Positions 17,666-27,475 of a stretch of DNA of 50,405 bases are shown piece by piece. The DNA is taken from the UHGV virus genome UHGV-0169486; one strand, written 5' to 3'. Under the pieces are notes generated by a model. It searched no databases, was not told where the DNA came from, and saw nothing but the letters and a program-made list of their open reading frames with translations. Position 1 is the stretch's first letter, and each line of letters begins with the position of its first letter. The DNA is from a virus. The translations under genes and the position numbers were made by a program.

Positions 17666-20014
17666 TTATTTGCGGCGCGGTTGCAACATCCCGCCAGGTC
17701 TTTGCGATTCCCTTGTTATCATTTTCATTGCTACACGTTCCATTGTCTGTTCAAGTCTGCGGCTGTCTTCGTCACTAAATCCGTTTGTGGTTTGAATGTC
17801 GATGTAAACAGGCATACTGATACCGCCGCCGCCGCCGCCAATATCACGCCCCGGGATAACCCTGCCATTCTCGCCGGGGATCATGTATTGGTTGCCGTTA
17901 GACGTCTGGAATAGCTCCGGCCTGTTATGTTCCCCGACGCGGTACATATTGCCACCAATTACGCTACCACCATTAAAGCGCCCGCCGCCGAAAATGGATG
18001 TTGCCAGCGACGTGATCGCAGTAAGCGCCGCCGAACCAGCCGCCGCCCAGCTACCGCCAGTTGATGCAGCCGTTGCCGCCGCCGCCGGGGCCGCCGCCGC
18101 CGCGATGCTTCCCTGAGCGGCAACCGCGCTTGCCGTTGTACTTGCTTGAGTTGCCTTGCTTTGTGTTTCCATCATGATCTGATCTGCTATCCAGTCGGCT
18201 GCTATATCAGAAAGTCTGTTGCCAATATTCCCTAGTATATTGCTCCCTAAGTTAGCAAAAACATCGCTCAATGATTGAGTACCGTTAAGCAGGCCGACAA
18301 GCGCATTGCTCATACCACCTTTAAGGCCATTAACGCAATCACCGATCAGGCCGTTTGTCTGGCTTTGCGCCTGCCATTGCTCCCATTTCAGATCGCGGAT
18401 CTGTTGCTCATAGGCTAACAATGCCTGTTTCTGTTGCGCTTCGGTAGCGCCCAGGTCGATAAGCTTTTGCTTACGGACGGCCCATTCATCTTGTACCTGC
18501 TTAATAGGGTCAACCTCGCCTTTAAGCTGATTCATCGGGCTTACTATTTGCGCCCATTTATCACGCAATTCATCTACCTGAATTTGGGCTAATTCTTCAT
18601 CCCGTTCCTTAACTATCCCTTTTTGCGCGGCGCGGTACTCAAGGAGGGTGATTTTACCCTGGGCGAATGCAGCATCAATGGCCTTGCCGTTCTCTAACGC
18701 TTTGCGCATGGCGGCGGTGTCTTTATTGTACTGGTCAGAAACGCTTATACCCTTGTCACCAAGCGTATCCTCTTTGCTTTTCTTGCTGCCAGTCTTCTTA
18801 CCCTTTTTAGGCTTATCAACTGGCTTGTCGAATCCGGTGATCTTGCCGTCGTTGGCTTCTGCCTGTTTCTGCATAAACTCATCATAAGCGGCAGTCGCGT
18901 TTTTAATGTCGTTTGCAAAAGTCATGACTTTACCGACTGTAGGGCCGAATTTCTTCTCATTGTTGCTATTTAGTTCTTCCTTGCGCTTATCTACAACCTC
19001 CTTCATCCATTTGTAGGCGTCCATAAGTGCCTTGATTGGCGTCACCATTGCGATGATCTTCTCTGCCACCTCGCCAGCCTTCACAGCCACATCATCAAAC
19101 ATGTCGATGAATTCGCCACCAGCCGTTTTGAGTGTATCGAAGCAGGTTTTAGCGAATTTAGCGCCCTCACCTAACCCCTTAACGCCTTTTGTGATTAAGT
19201 CGATAGCTGAGACTACGCCATCTGATACGCCGAAAAGATCATCAAGCTGTTCAACAAGCCCCATGATTTCGACTTTAAGCTCATTGATAGCCATGCCGGA
19301 TGTGCGCGGCAACTGAGCAAACTGCTCGTTTGTTTCCTGCGTAGCCGCCTGGATTGCGTTAACCATCCTTTCTGCCGTGATCTTGCCGTCCAGCATTTCG
19401 GCGCGGAACTTGCCCATAGATAACCCCATCTGACGGGCCATTGTCTGTACGATGGTCGGGGTGTTTTCAAGTAGGCTGTTAAATTCTTCAGCACGCAGCA
19501 CGCCGCCGTCTATAGACTGGCGGAACTGGCGCATAGAGTTAGACATCTGTTCCGCTGATGCGCCGCCTAACGCCCCCATTTTCTGAATAGTGCCAACCAG
19601 GTTAAGTAATTGCCCTTCCGTAGCTGACGTGTTCTTCAGTGAGATGGCAAGACCTTGCCATAACTCGCCAGTATCCTTCAGGCTTTGCCCTGTTTCCCTG
19701 GATATTGCTTTCAGGCCGTCGAAAACCCGTCCGGCGGACTCCGCATCGCCCGTAAGCATTTTGATTTTTACGCGAAGCATTTTGGCCTGCTCTGCCATTT
19801 CCATAAACTGTCTAACGGCCTCGGCAGCAATTAGCAGATAGATAACCTTGGTCAGTGCTTTGATTGATGTTTTCAGTGTGTTTACCTGGCGATCTGCCTG
19901 TTTAGCACCGCGCTCTATACGGTCAAAGGCCTGGTCTGCCTGTCGTTGTGCTACAAGAAGTTGTCCTGTTTTTGCGTCAACTTCGTAATAAATTGTGCCT
20001 ACACTGGTAGCCAT
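17666..20014 (-). CDS. tail tape measure protein
   Basis: 782 aa, helical/coiled-coil composition, Ala/Gly-rich C-terminal region; located between chaperone and M; GAGG RBS. Confidence 0.9.
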   Translation of the reverse strand: MATSVGTIYYEVDAKTGQLLVAQRQADQAFDRIERGAKQADRQVNTLKTSIKALTKVIYLLIAAEAVRQFMEMAEQAKMLRVKIKMLTGDAESAGRVFDGLKAISRETGQSLKDTGELWQGLAISLKNTSATEGQLLNLVGTIQKMGALGGASAEQMSNSMRQFRQSIDGGVLRAEEFNSLLENTPTIVQTMARQMGLSMGKFRAEMLDGKITAERMVNAIQAATQETNEQFAQLPRTSGMAINELKVEIMGLVEQLDDLFGVSDGVVSAIDLITKGVKGLGEGAKFAKTCFDTLKTAGGEFIDMFDDVAVKAGEVAEKIIAMVTPIKALMDAYKWMKEVVDKRKEELNSNNEKKFGPTVGKVMTFANDIKNATAAYDEFMQKQAEANDGKITGFDKPVDKPKKGKKTGSKKSKEDTLGDKGISVSDQYNKDTAAMRKALENGKAIDAAFAQGKITLLEYRAAQKGIVKERDEELAQIQVDELRDKWAQIVSPMNQLKGEVDPIKQVQDEWAVRKQKLIDLGATEAQQKQALLAYEQQIRDLKWEQWQAQSQTNGLIGDCVNGLKGGMSNALVGLLNGTQSLSDVFANLGSNILGNIGNRLSDIAADWIADQIMMETQSKATQASTTASAVAAQGSIAAAAAPAAAATAASTGGSWAAAGSAALTAITSLATSIFGGGRFNGGSVIGGNMYRVGEHNRPELFQTSNGNQYMIPGENGRVIPGRDIGGGGGGISMPVYIDIQTTNGFSDEDSRRLEQTMERVAMKMITRESQRPGGMLQPRRK

Positions 20015-20164
20015 GATTTAACCTCATGCAAATGTGATCTATGCATCTATTTTATACAAAATGTCTTTACTTTAACGATACCGTTTTGTATAAATGATGT
20101 AGGGAAAGATAGAAGAGATGCAGGAAGGACGGATGTCCCGGAGGAAGTGAAAGAGGATAAGGAA

Positions 20165-20248
20165 ATGAGAAACGTAAACTACCGTCCCAACGAATATGAA
20201 CGCTATGCGGACCTTATCGAAGAAATGTTAAAAGCACTTAAAAAATAA
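20165..20248 (+). CDS. possible micro-ORF (27 aa)
   Basis: Own translation MRNVNYRPNEYERYADLIEEMLKALKK; GAGGATAAGGAA RBS. Confidence 0.25.
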   Translation: MRNVNYRPNEYERYADLIEEMLKALKK

Positions 20249-20315
20249 ACAATATGCGTGTATAACTAAGTTAAATGAAGCATTTAGCAAATCAGAATAA
20301 TTACGGGGGTTAATT

Positions 20316-20729
20316 ATGAAACGGTTAGCAAAAATGGTACTTGCTGTGATTGCTGCACTGGCATTTAACGCGAACGCTAACGAGGCCATAAACATTAACT
20401 GTGAAGAAGTGGCAAACCATGTAGCCGCATATCACGACATGATCAAAAAAGAACCAGCCGCACCCAAAATTCTTTTTAAGGTAATTGATAAAATTTTTGA
20501 AGGTAAACCAGTTTATGCTCGTTGGTTTAATTATGGCCTTGTAATCGAGGCTGCTGCAAGCGTAGGCTTTGAAAACAACAGCGAAATAAAAAACAGGATA
20601 GCTAACGAGTGTAAAGCAAATAAAATTGCTTTCGCTGAAAGAATTTTTAATAAAGGCGGCGCTGGCGCAAAAAATCACGCAATTGTCAATTTAGGTAACG
20701 GTTTTATTGATATTGTTAGAATCAAATAA
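20316..20729 (+). CDS. secreted/periplasmic hypothetical protein with signal peptide (opposite-strand accessory gene)
   Basis: N-terminal signal peptide MKRLAKMVLAVIAALAFNANA; GGGGG RBS; AT-rich; own terminator. Confidence 0.6.
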   Translation: MKRLAKMVLAVIAALAFNANANEAININCEEVANHVAAYHDMIKKEPAAPKILFKVIDKIFEGKPVYARWFNYGLVIEAAASVGFENNSEIKNRIANECKANKIAFAERIFNKGGAGAKNHAIVNLGNGFIDIVRIK

Positions 20730-20736
20730 GACAAAC

Positions 20737-20758
20737 GCCCGGATCTACCGGGCTTTTT
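20737..20758 (+). terminator. rho-independent terminator after secreted-protein gene
   Basis: GCCCGG-atcta-CCGGGC followed by TTTTT. Confidence 0.6.
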
Positions 20759-21422
20759 CTTGCTTGCGATTTTCCATTCTTTTTAGCGCCTTTTTAGCGG
20801 CCTCCATTTGCTCGTCATAAGCACGTTTATTTATGTGAACGTTTGGCTTACTTCTTTCGCTTCTTTCGTCTGGCGGCGTTTTAGCGCGTACAGTGGCCCT
20901 ATATCCGGTCATTGTCATATTCCATGCTTCCGATTCTGACAAGCCCAGGTGAGCAACGGCAGAATAGACGAATTCAAGGACGTTAAAAGTCGGCTTATAT
21001 TCCCCTTCCGGGATTTCTCCGGCATCTTCTTCCGGCCCATCACCGATTAAGCCGTGGTACACGCAATGCTGCGCCAGCGTGATAACGTCGTCAGTAGGCA
21101 TCAAGCCTGGTTTTAGTCGCAACTTGCCCGAAGGAGTAAACCTACACTCGCCCAATAACGGGCCTATTTCATCGTCTGAGCAACATTTCAGGATGTGCAT
21201 TGATGTCTGCACTATTTCACCATAACACCGCGCCAGAATGCGATTGCGTAAGTCTGGGTCTGCTGGCAAGCGTGATGGATATTTGCCGCCGTGGATTGTT
21301 GCAAAATATTCGACCAGTTCTCTGTCACTGCCTATTTTTGCCATCGCGGCGAAGCAGGGATTAAACACATACCGCCTACCGTCTACCACCGCCGCAAATT
21401 GCCCGGTCCGAACATGAATCAT
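20745..21422 (-). CDS. tail assembly chaperone (by position between major tail and tape measure genes)
   Basis: ORF track (20745..21431); ATG 21422 with AGGGTGA RBS; synteny. Confidence 0.55.
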   Translation of the reverse strand: MIHVRTGQFAAVVDGRRYVFNPCFAAMAKIGSDRELVEYFATIHGGKYPSRLPADPDLRNRILARCYGEIVQTSMHILKCCSDDEIGPLLGECRFTPSGKLRLKPGLMPTDDVITLAQHCVYHGLIGDGPEEDAGEIPEGEYKPTFNVLEFVYSAVAHLGLSESEAWNMTMTGYRATVRAKTPPDERSERSKPNVHINKRAYDEQMEAAKKALKRMENRKQEKAR

Positions 21423-21432
21423 AGTTATCACC

Positions 21433-21459
21433 CTAAAAGAAAGGGGCCAAATGGCCCCG
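21433..21459 (-). terminator. rho-independent terminator after major tail protein gene
   Basis: GGGGCC-aaat-GGCCCC hairpin followed by T-run on minus strand. Confidence 0.55.
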
Positions 21460-21476
21460 ATTGTTAATCTGAGTTG

Positions 21477-21953
21477 TTATTCCGATGGGATATCGCCTAC
21501 CGTTACCTGTCCAGCGCTTTCGCACTCAATAGACCAGGTAGAAACATCATCGTGCGGATCTTCTTCTTTAAAGGAAGTGCAAAGGAATGGGCCTTCGGTT
21601 ACGTCTACAGGAGAAACGATCTTTAGCCATACATAAGGTTGTGATCCAGTGGTTTTGTCTGGCGTAATTACGTGGCGTTTCAGCACTTTCTGATTATGGA
21701 TTCCCTCAGTACGGGATACACCGTCGCCGGAGAAAGAAACGGATTTGTAAGTAACCATTGATTCCTTCGTGTAATCGGCTGATTTATCGGCGGTGGCGTC
21801 TGCGGTTTCCCATTCGACGGAAAGCGTTTTTCCGCGCATCATGCCTAACTCTTTATAATCGCTAGCTACCGGCTTCGCATTTGGACAAGCGATAGCGAAG
21901 AATACAGCAACGTCACGGCCTAAAAACGCGCCTTTTTCGCAAGTCTGAGACAT
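21477..21953 (-). CDS. major tail (tube) protein
   Basis: Size and position upstream of chaperone/tape measure; followed by terminator. Confidence 0.6.
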   Translation of the reverse strand: MSQTCEKGAFLGRDVAVFFAIACPNAKPVASDYKELGMMRGKTLSVEWETADATADKSADYTKESMVTYKSVSFSGDGVSRTEGIHNQKVLKRHVITPDKTTGSQPYVWLKIVSPVDVTEGPFLCTSFKEEDPHDDVSTWSIECESAGQVTVGDIPSE

Positions 21954-21965
21954 GTTAATTACCTC

Positions 21966-22352
21966 TTATCTGGATATGATGGTTTGAAAAGCTACGGTAA
22001 AAATAAAGCGCCCTTCTCTCGTTTGCATTGCAGGAATAGCGCCAACTGGCTTCATGTGTGTAATTTTATCAGTTTTATATTCTGTTAACATGCTTTGACG
22101 GATGGCATCTGCCAGGTCTTCCACCTCACTGATATTTGCATCATTACGCGCCGAAATAACCAGGATGCGGAAATAATCACGGGTTATTGCTTCTTCACCA
22201 GCCGCGCCGCCGTTTTGCTGGATCACGATGTATCTGTCGTTATTCGAATTGCTTCGCTCATTCCAGAAACGGGCTTGTAAAATATAGCCTTCATCGTATC
22301 CGTGGGATTGAATCCAATCCCTTATTTCGTCATAAACTTCGCTGCGTTTCAT
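21966..22352 (-). CDS. tail completion / terminator protein (by synteny)
   Basis: ORF track; position in head-tail joining cluster. Confidence 0.5.
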   Translation of the reverse strand: MKRSEVYDEIRDWIQSHGYDEGYILQARFWNERSNSNNDRYIVIQQNGGAAGEEAITRDYFRILVISARNDANISEVEDLADAIRQSMLTEYKTDKITHMKPVGAIPAMQTREGRFIFTVAFQTIISR

Positions 22353-22789
22353 ACTTTGTAACCTTCTACAATCTCTTTATAAATATCATCGGCGTGGTTA
22401 GGATCTTCGAATGCCTTGCGCAAGAATCCCGGCTCCGCGTTTGGATCCCAATATTCACCCTTGCCAGTACCGCCGCCGAATTCAGATAGGTTATTGGTTT
22501 TGCCGAAATGTTCGCGAGGCTGGCCTTTTAATGTACCTGGCATATTGTGCACCCATTCAGCATAGCGGGCCGTATATCCCAGGCGTAATTGCATACCGTC
22601 AGCCGTGTTCCCTATATACTGAAACTGGCTGTTAATTAAAAAACCCGTATCAACCGGGGTCATGTTCGCAGCAAAGCCACCAGCCAGCATACCTACGCGC
22701 CATAAAACTTCGTGCGTCTTTTTATCTGTGATTTCCTTTAGCTCCTGCTTTAATCGTTCCCTTACGCGTTTAACGCCCTTAATCGGCAT
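22349..22789 (-). CDS. head-tail joining protein (HK97 gp10-like)
   Basis: ORF track; TPVDTGFL motif resembling gp10 family; overlaps neighbouring gene ends. Confidence 0.55.
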   Translation of the reverse strand: MPIKGVKRVRERLKQELKEITDKKTHEVLWRVGMLAGGFAANMTPVDTGFLINSQFQYIGNTADGMQLRLGYTARYAEWVHNMPGTLKGQPREHFGKTNNLSEFGGGTGKGEYWDPNAEPGFLRKAFEDPNHADDIYKEIVEGYKV

Positions 22790-22791
22790 AA

Positions 22792-23160
22792 TTAACCCCC
22801 TGTCACGATCTTATAATCCGGCGCGTCGTTGAACATGCTCATATCCCATTCAACGATCCCGGTTATAACGTTCGCCCCAGCCGCCAGCGGGTCGGAAATA
22901 TTAGTGGTGTCGCCAGTGGCAATCATCCAACCTTTTTCCGGGCGCTGCACTGGCTGCATATTATGAAGCAGTTCGGTAAATACGGTTATTGTATTGCTAA
23001 CCTCATTGCCGTTTGTGTCTGTTGCCGTGCCGTCGGTGCGCTCCCACGCGCAATTAATCAGGTATGGTGCACCGTATACGTCGGCGTTTGTCCAGTCGTC
23101 ATGCGTTACGGGGTAGATGGTGGCTAATGCCTTGTAACTGAATCGCGCAATCTTACTCAT
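22792..23160 (-). CDS. head-tail joining/structural protein
   Basis: ORF track; synteny. Confidence 0.5.
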   Translation of the reverse strand: MSKIARFSYKALATIYPVTHDDWTNADVYGAPYLINCAWERTDGTATDTNGNEVSNTITVFTELLHNMQPVQRPEKGWMIATGDTTNISDPLAAGANVITGIVEWDMSMFNDAPDYKIVTGG

Positions 23161-23338
23161 AGCCGTAACTCCAGCTAATGATTTTGGGATGTGTTTTCGC
23201 CACGCGCGGGCAAAGAATTACCCATTCACCAGCATCATTGAGGTAGGCCGCCACCTGGCGTCCGGTATCCGTTTTTACCCACACACGGGTAAACAGTTTC
23301 GGCAATACTGGATTTGGTAGTGTCAGGTCGTTCCACAT
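23153..23338 (-). CDS. hypothetical small structural-module protein
   Basis: ORF track; overlaps neighbours in operon. Confidence 0.4.
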   Translation of the reverse strand: MWNDLTLPNPVLPKLFTRVWVKTDTGRQVAAYLNDAGEWVILCPRVAKTHPKIISWSYGYE

Positions 23339-23340
23339 TG

Positions 23341-23727
23341 TTACATCCTCCTGATCTTACCAATCCACAGCCCGACGTGCGCGGTGGCTTCGGGATCCGC
23401 CGGGATTAGTTCGGCTGTGCAATTATGTTTATCAATTGAGCGAAGCAGAGAACAAGCTGCCTTCCATCTTTTATTAAAATCGACATAGCGGTAAGACTGG
23501 CTTGCGCCGTTCGGCCCTGTCTGTGAGGAAATGTATTTATCAGCCTGGGTTAGCCCTAACAGGCCAATGAGATAAAGCTGAATTAATGTTGCAGTGGAGG
23601 CCGGATAATTAGCATCAAGGCATTCGTTTACGCTATTAGCCTGCTCCACCAGCAAAGATAAGATAATGTCTGGCAGGTCAATACCCTGGCTTTCAAGATA
23701 TTCCCGCGCCTGTTCTGTAGTGACCAT
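23341..23727 (-). CDS. head-tail connector/adaptor protein
   Basis: ORF track (23341..23763); ATG 23727 with GGAG RBS; position after major capsid gene. Confidence 0.5.
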   Translation of the reverse strand: MVTTEQAREYLESQGIDLPDIILSLLVEQANSVNECLDANYPASTATLIQLYLIGLLGLTQADKYISSQTGPNGASQSYRYVDFNKRWKAACSLLRSIDKHNCTAELIPADPEATAHVGLWIGKIRRM

Positions 23728-23744
23728 TTTGTTTGCTCCACATA

Positions 23745-23774
23745 CAAAAAAAATCCCCGGCATTGCGCCGGGGA
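23745..23774 (-). terminator. rho-independent terminator after major capsid gene
   Basis: CCCCGGC-gcaat-GCCGGGG followed by TTTTTTTT on minus strand. Confidence 0.7.
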
Positions 23775-23789
23775 GTTACAGGAAACGTT

Positions 23790-24845
23790 TTAATTAAGAT
23801 TTTTACCGTAAACTACACCGGAACGGCCCAGCATGTCACAGGTGATCTGTAAACCTTCGGCTGACATGATGCGGAAATTGTAGTTATCAGTTGGCATAAA
23901 GCGCGGTAACGGGACTACACCAGTAGTCATGCCAACCAGCGGGGAAATGACGTCACGGCGGCGCTGATAAGCAATAATCTCATTGCCTTTCAGTGCGAAG
24001 GTCTGACGAATTTCACCAACCGGGGCGAACGGCATAACCGTTTGCAGTACGCTACCAACCACAGCACCGTTAACGATGTGCGGACGTGCCAGGTTAGCCA
24101 TGATTTCAGGAGATACCCACATAATATCGTATTTTGCAACGAAGTTATTGCGGGCCAGTACACCGAATTCACCAATGGTGAAGAAGTTGATCAGCGCCTC
24201 GAAATCTGCGGTAGTAAGGTTAGTGGTCAGGGTAAGCTGCTGAGTGTTTTTATGGTTTTTAATACCCATAGCTTTGTGACCATCTACCACGATATTGTCG
24301 TTACCGCTAAGATAGAATTTAACGCGGGCTTTGTTGAATTTTTTCAGTTTCAGGCGCTGGCTATCCAGAGCAAGGTCGATGCCTACAGTATTCAGACCCT
24401 GAGCAAGACGCCAGTTCACACCATAACCAGCGGCGAACATCGGGATCGGGTCGCCATCGCTGCCGTATTCGGTGTGATCAAAGCCGTGTGGCGCTTGACC
24501 ATCCATAGACATTACGACCTCATCGTTGATGTCGCCAGATACGTTGTACATTTTCAGCGTTTTACCGATTGGTAATACGGTCTGCACACCCATCAGGTCG
24601 TTTACGATCTCGATACCGATTTCTTCGGTGTTCAGTTCGATGATCTGGTTATCAATTTCTTTCCAGAATTCTTTTGCGAAGCCGCCAACGGCGTTACAGG
24701 CCAACATTTCAGCGGTCATGTTTGCCTTGTTTGCTGCAATCATAGCGTCATGCTGATCGTTGAAGATGTTGCGTTGCGCCCACAGTTCGTTCCAGTGCGC
24801 CCGCATCCTGCTGTTTGTGGCTAAATTTTGTTTTGTAAAGTACAT
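23790..24845 (-). CDS. major capsid protein
   Basis: 351 aa; position after scaffold and small head protein; strong terminator downstream. Confidence 0.7.
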   Translation of the reverse strand: MYFTKQNLATNSRMRAHWNELWAQRNIFNDQHDAMIAANKANMTAEMLACNAVGGFAKEFWKEIDNQIIELNTEEIGIEIVNDLMGVQTVLPIGKTLKMYNVSGDINDEVVMSMDGQAPHGFDHTEYGSDGDPIPMFAAGYGVNWRLAQGLNTVGIDLALDSQRLKLKKFNKARVKFYLSGNDNIVVDGHKAMGIKNHKNTQQLTLTTNLTTADFEALINFFTIGEFGVLARNNFVAKYDIMWVSPEIMANLARPHIVNGAVVGSVLQTVMPFAPVGEIRQTFALKGNEIIAYQRRRDVISPLVGMTTGVVPLPRFMPTDNYNFRIMSAEGLQITCDMLGRSGVVYGKNLN

Positions 24846-24862
24846 GTTATTCCCCTTTTAAA

Positions 24863-25243
24863 TTAAGCGACGCGAACGCGAATAAAGTCTTCTGCGTCCA
24901 GGGTTACATCTTCCTGGCAGTATGCAACGGTTACTTCACCCAGCTTGATGGCCTGGTCTTTGGTGTAGGCAGCCGCCGTCGCGCGATAAGCAAACTCGCG
25001 ACCTTCTTCCACGTAGTCAGCAACAACGGTTTCACCTTGCGCGATTGCATCGGCAATGGTTTTGCCTTCATGGAATGCAGGGTTAACGATATACAAGCGA
25101 GCAACCCCAGCATCACCATCCACCGCCTTCACAAACTTGCTATCTTCCAGTTTCACCAGTTCGCCGGGTTTTAATTCAGCACCAGCGAGGCGGGTTTCGG
25201 TAATGGATTTACCATCAATATTTACACGACGAAAACGAAACAT
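24863..25243 (-). CDS. small head protein (possible decoration/structural)
   Basis: ORF track; position between scaffold and capsid genes. Confidence 0.5.
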   Translation of the reverse strand: MFRFRRVNIDGKSITETRLAGAELKPGELVKLEDSKFVKAVDGDAGVARLYIVNPAFHEGKTIADAIAQGETVVADYVEEGREFAYRATAAAYTKDQAIKLGEVTVAYCQEDVTLDAEDFIRVRVA

Positions 25244-25259
25244 TGTGATCCCCTTTTAA

Positions 25260-26543
25260 TTAGAAATAGGTGTTAAAGTCCGGGACTTCGCCTTTTTTAC
25301 CTTCGTTTGCTGCGTTGGTAGCCATCGGCGCTGCTTTGCCCAGGGATTTAAACATTGCATCGAGCGCATCACCGCTTAATGCGTTAGCAACAATTTCGCC
25401 GTGTACTTTCGCAACTGCGGCGCGTTTTTCTGCTTCTTCTTTATTTGCGTTTGCTGCAATTTCTTCTTTAATTGCTTTCTGGTTGGTCTGTAATTCTTCC
25501 ACGCTTGCCTGCACTGGTTTTAATGCCTCTGCTACTGCATTAGCGATATTGGCGGATAAGCCTTCGTTAATTTCTTTTACCAGTTCGGCGCGTTCTTCTT
25601 TGGTCAAAGGCATGGGATCGTCCTCCGATTTATTGGCCTTAATTTTTTCATTCAGTGAGAAAAGATTAGAAAGGTGTTCAGCGAACTGAGTAAACCAAGA
25701 TTTACTTTCCTCGTTGGTTGTAAGCTCGCCATTATTGAGAATAATTTTATCAGCCTGTTTTTCATATGCGCAAACTTGAGCACTTTCGGTATTAGTGGCG
25801 ATCGTCACTTCTTTATCAGTGAAGTCCACCACATACACATAATCAGCGTCAGGGAATAATTCCCGCGCCGCGTCGGTTAATTGTTTCTCAAGCGTGCGGT
25901 AGCTGTTTTCTTTCATTGCCACCGCCATTAACGGTTTCGCCTGGTCAGTATTAACCATCAACCCTACACCCTGTTCAGGTGATGCGGCTGGCGGCTCATG
26001 CAGCAAAATAGCGTCATGGTCGATCGACATAATTCTTACTACATAGTCAGCGCCCTGGGCTTTCATCTCTTCAGTAGCTGGCATACGTTTACGATATACA
26101 GCGACGGACGACCAGATAGGATCTTTGCGTTCTCCTTTCTCCAGTGCTTCCAGTCGGGTTAATAATTCGCGCCCCTGTTCTGAATGGCTGGCTGTTTCAA
26201 TATCCACCCATTTTTCCACATAAACACGATTGCCGCGTAATTCAACGTTTCTGTTCCACGCTCCACAAAACCCGGTGTTCAATCCTTCCGGGCTAAATGC
26301 GGAAACAAACTCACCGTCTACGGTTGGATGGCCCAGCGGGGCAAGTGTACCCTCCAGCGACTGATAATTAGCGATAATTTCAGCTTCCGGGTAATATTCC
26401 CGATTCATTACGATGTTAAAGGGTAGTGTATATGACGGGACAACAATATGCTCGCGACCGTTATATGTTTCACGGCGGATTGTATTAGCGGTTAATTTGG
26501 TATTAACCTGAATCAATTCTTTACTCACGGTTACTACTCCCAA
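25260..26543 (-). CDS. head scaffolding-like protein with helical Ala/Glu/Lys-rich C-terminus
   Basis: ORF track; composition and position between head morphogenesis and capsid genes. Confidence 0.55.
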   Translation of the reverse strand: MGVVTVSKELIQVNTKLTANTIRRETYNGREHIVVPSYTLPFNIVMNREYYPEAEIIANYQSLEGTLAPLGHPTVDGEFVSAFSPEGLNTGFCGAWNRNVELRGNRVYVEKWVDIETASHSEQGRELLTRLEALEKGERKDPIWSSVAVYRKRMPATEEMKAQGADYVVRIMSIDHDAILLHEPPAASPEQGVGLMVNTDQAKPLMAVAMKENSYRTLEKQLTDAARELFPDADYVYVVDFTDKEVTIATNTESAQVCAYEKQADKIILNNGELTTNEESKSWFTQFAEHLSNLFSLNEKIKANKSEDDPMPLTKEERAELVKEINEGLSANIANAVAEALKPVQASVEELQTNQKAIKEEIAANANKEEAEKRAAVAKVHGEIVANALSGDALDAMFKSLGKAAPMATNAANEGKKGEVPDFNTYF

Positions 26544-27475
26544 TCATTACCATATTTGGCGTGCGCAACCTTATAGTTTTCTTGCGCCCGATCTAATATT
26601 CGTTCGTTTAATATATTACCGTCTTCGTCAACTAATACGGTAATCGTGGTGCATTTGCAGTTAATAGAATTAGGGGATCTACTCCACCATTCTCGCTGTT
26701 CTTCTATGGTGTATGTTTTCCCGTGCCGCTGCGCGTGTGACAGCCTGGTAGTCGGTGATAATGCCGAAATGTGCATTTGCATGGTGCGGAGGTTGAATTC
26801 CTCCGTAGCCGCTTCGGCCTCATCCATACGTGCTGTGCGTAACGCTGTGCATATTTCAGTTCGGGCAATGCGTTTGCACCTGTATAGAGGTAATTGCGTT
26901 TCCTGATTCAATGTGCGCGCTATTTCCAGTGGATTTAAACCACGGGCCATACCTTCGGTTAATCGCCGGGCCATATCCTTTTTGATCTGTGCCGTTAGCC
27001 CGCGCATTTCCTCAAATACACGGGTACGGACAAGGGCAAGGCGCGTGCGGTAAGTCGTACTGGATAGCACGGCGGATACATCAGGATAAGCGCTTGAGTA
27101 CGTGACCGACTGGTTAGCGATGTTGGCGTATTCCTGGGCCGTGCCGCGCTGATAGGCCACCTTCACGTAATTCTGCCAAAACCAAAAACTTTCCGGGTCG
27201 GTTAGCTCGAATATCTCATCAATCATGTCGCTGGCGTCCTCCAGCATGTCATGCAGTTCATCCATGTAAATCTGAAAGGTATATTTCTTATTAACAGCCA
27301 GGCTATATTGTATTCTGTCAAGTATGGAGAGATATGGATCGGCTATTTTATTCAGGCAGGATTTGAAGCGCTTAATAGCCCCCGATCGTAACTTCCCTGT
27401 CATAGTCGGGTCTTCGGTGTTAGATGGCATTATCGCGGCTGGAGGTATTCGCCTGATTATTTTCTTCACCTTCAT
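26534..27475 (-). CDS. head morphogenesis protein (Mu F / SPP1 gp7-like)
   Basis: Position after portal; ARTE-containing region typical of F-like minor head proteins. Confidence 0.65.
   Translation of the reverse strand: MKVKKIIRRIPPAAIMPSNTEDPTMTGKLRSGAIKRFKSCLNKIADPYLSILDRIQYSLAVNKKYTFQIYMDELHDMLEDASDMIDEIFELTDPESFWFWQNYVKVAYQRGTAQEYANIANQSVTYSSAYPDVSAVLSSTTYRTRLALVRTRVFEEMRGLTAQIKKDMARRLTEGMARGLNPLEIARTLNQETQLPLYRCKRIARTEICTALRTARMDEAEAATEEFNLRTMQMHISALSPTTRLSHAQRHGKTYTIEEQREWWSRSPNSINCKCTTITVLVDEDGNILNERILDRAQENYKVAHAKYGNDWE

Noticed and set aside
17883-19841. Plus-strand ORFs inside the tape measure gene
   Set aside because: Antisense to a strongly supported 782-aa gene; Ala/Pro-rich artefact translations.
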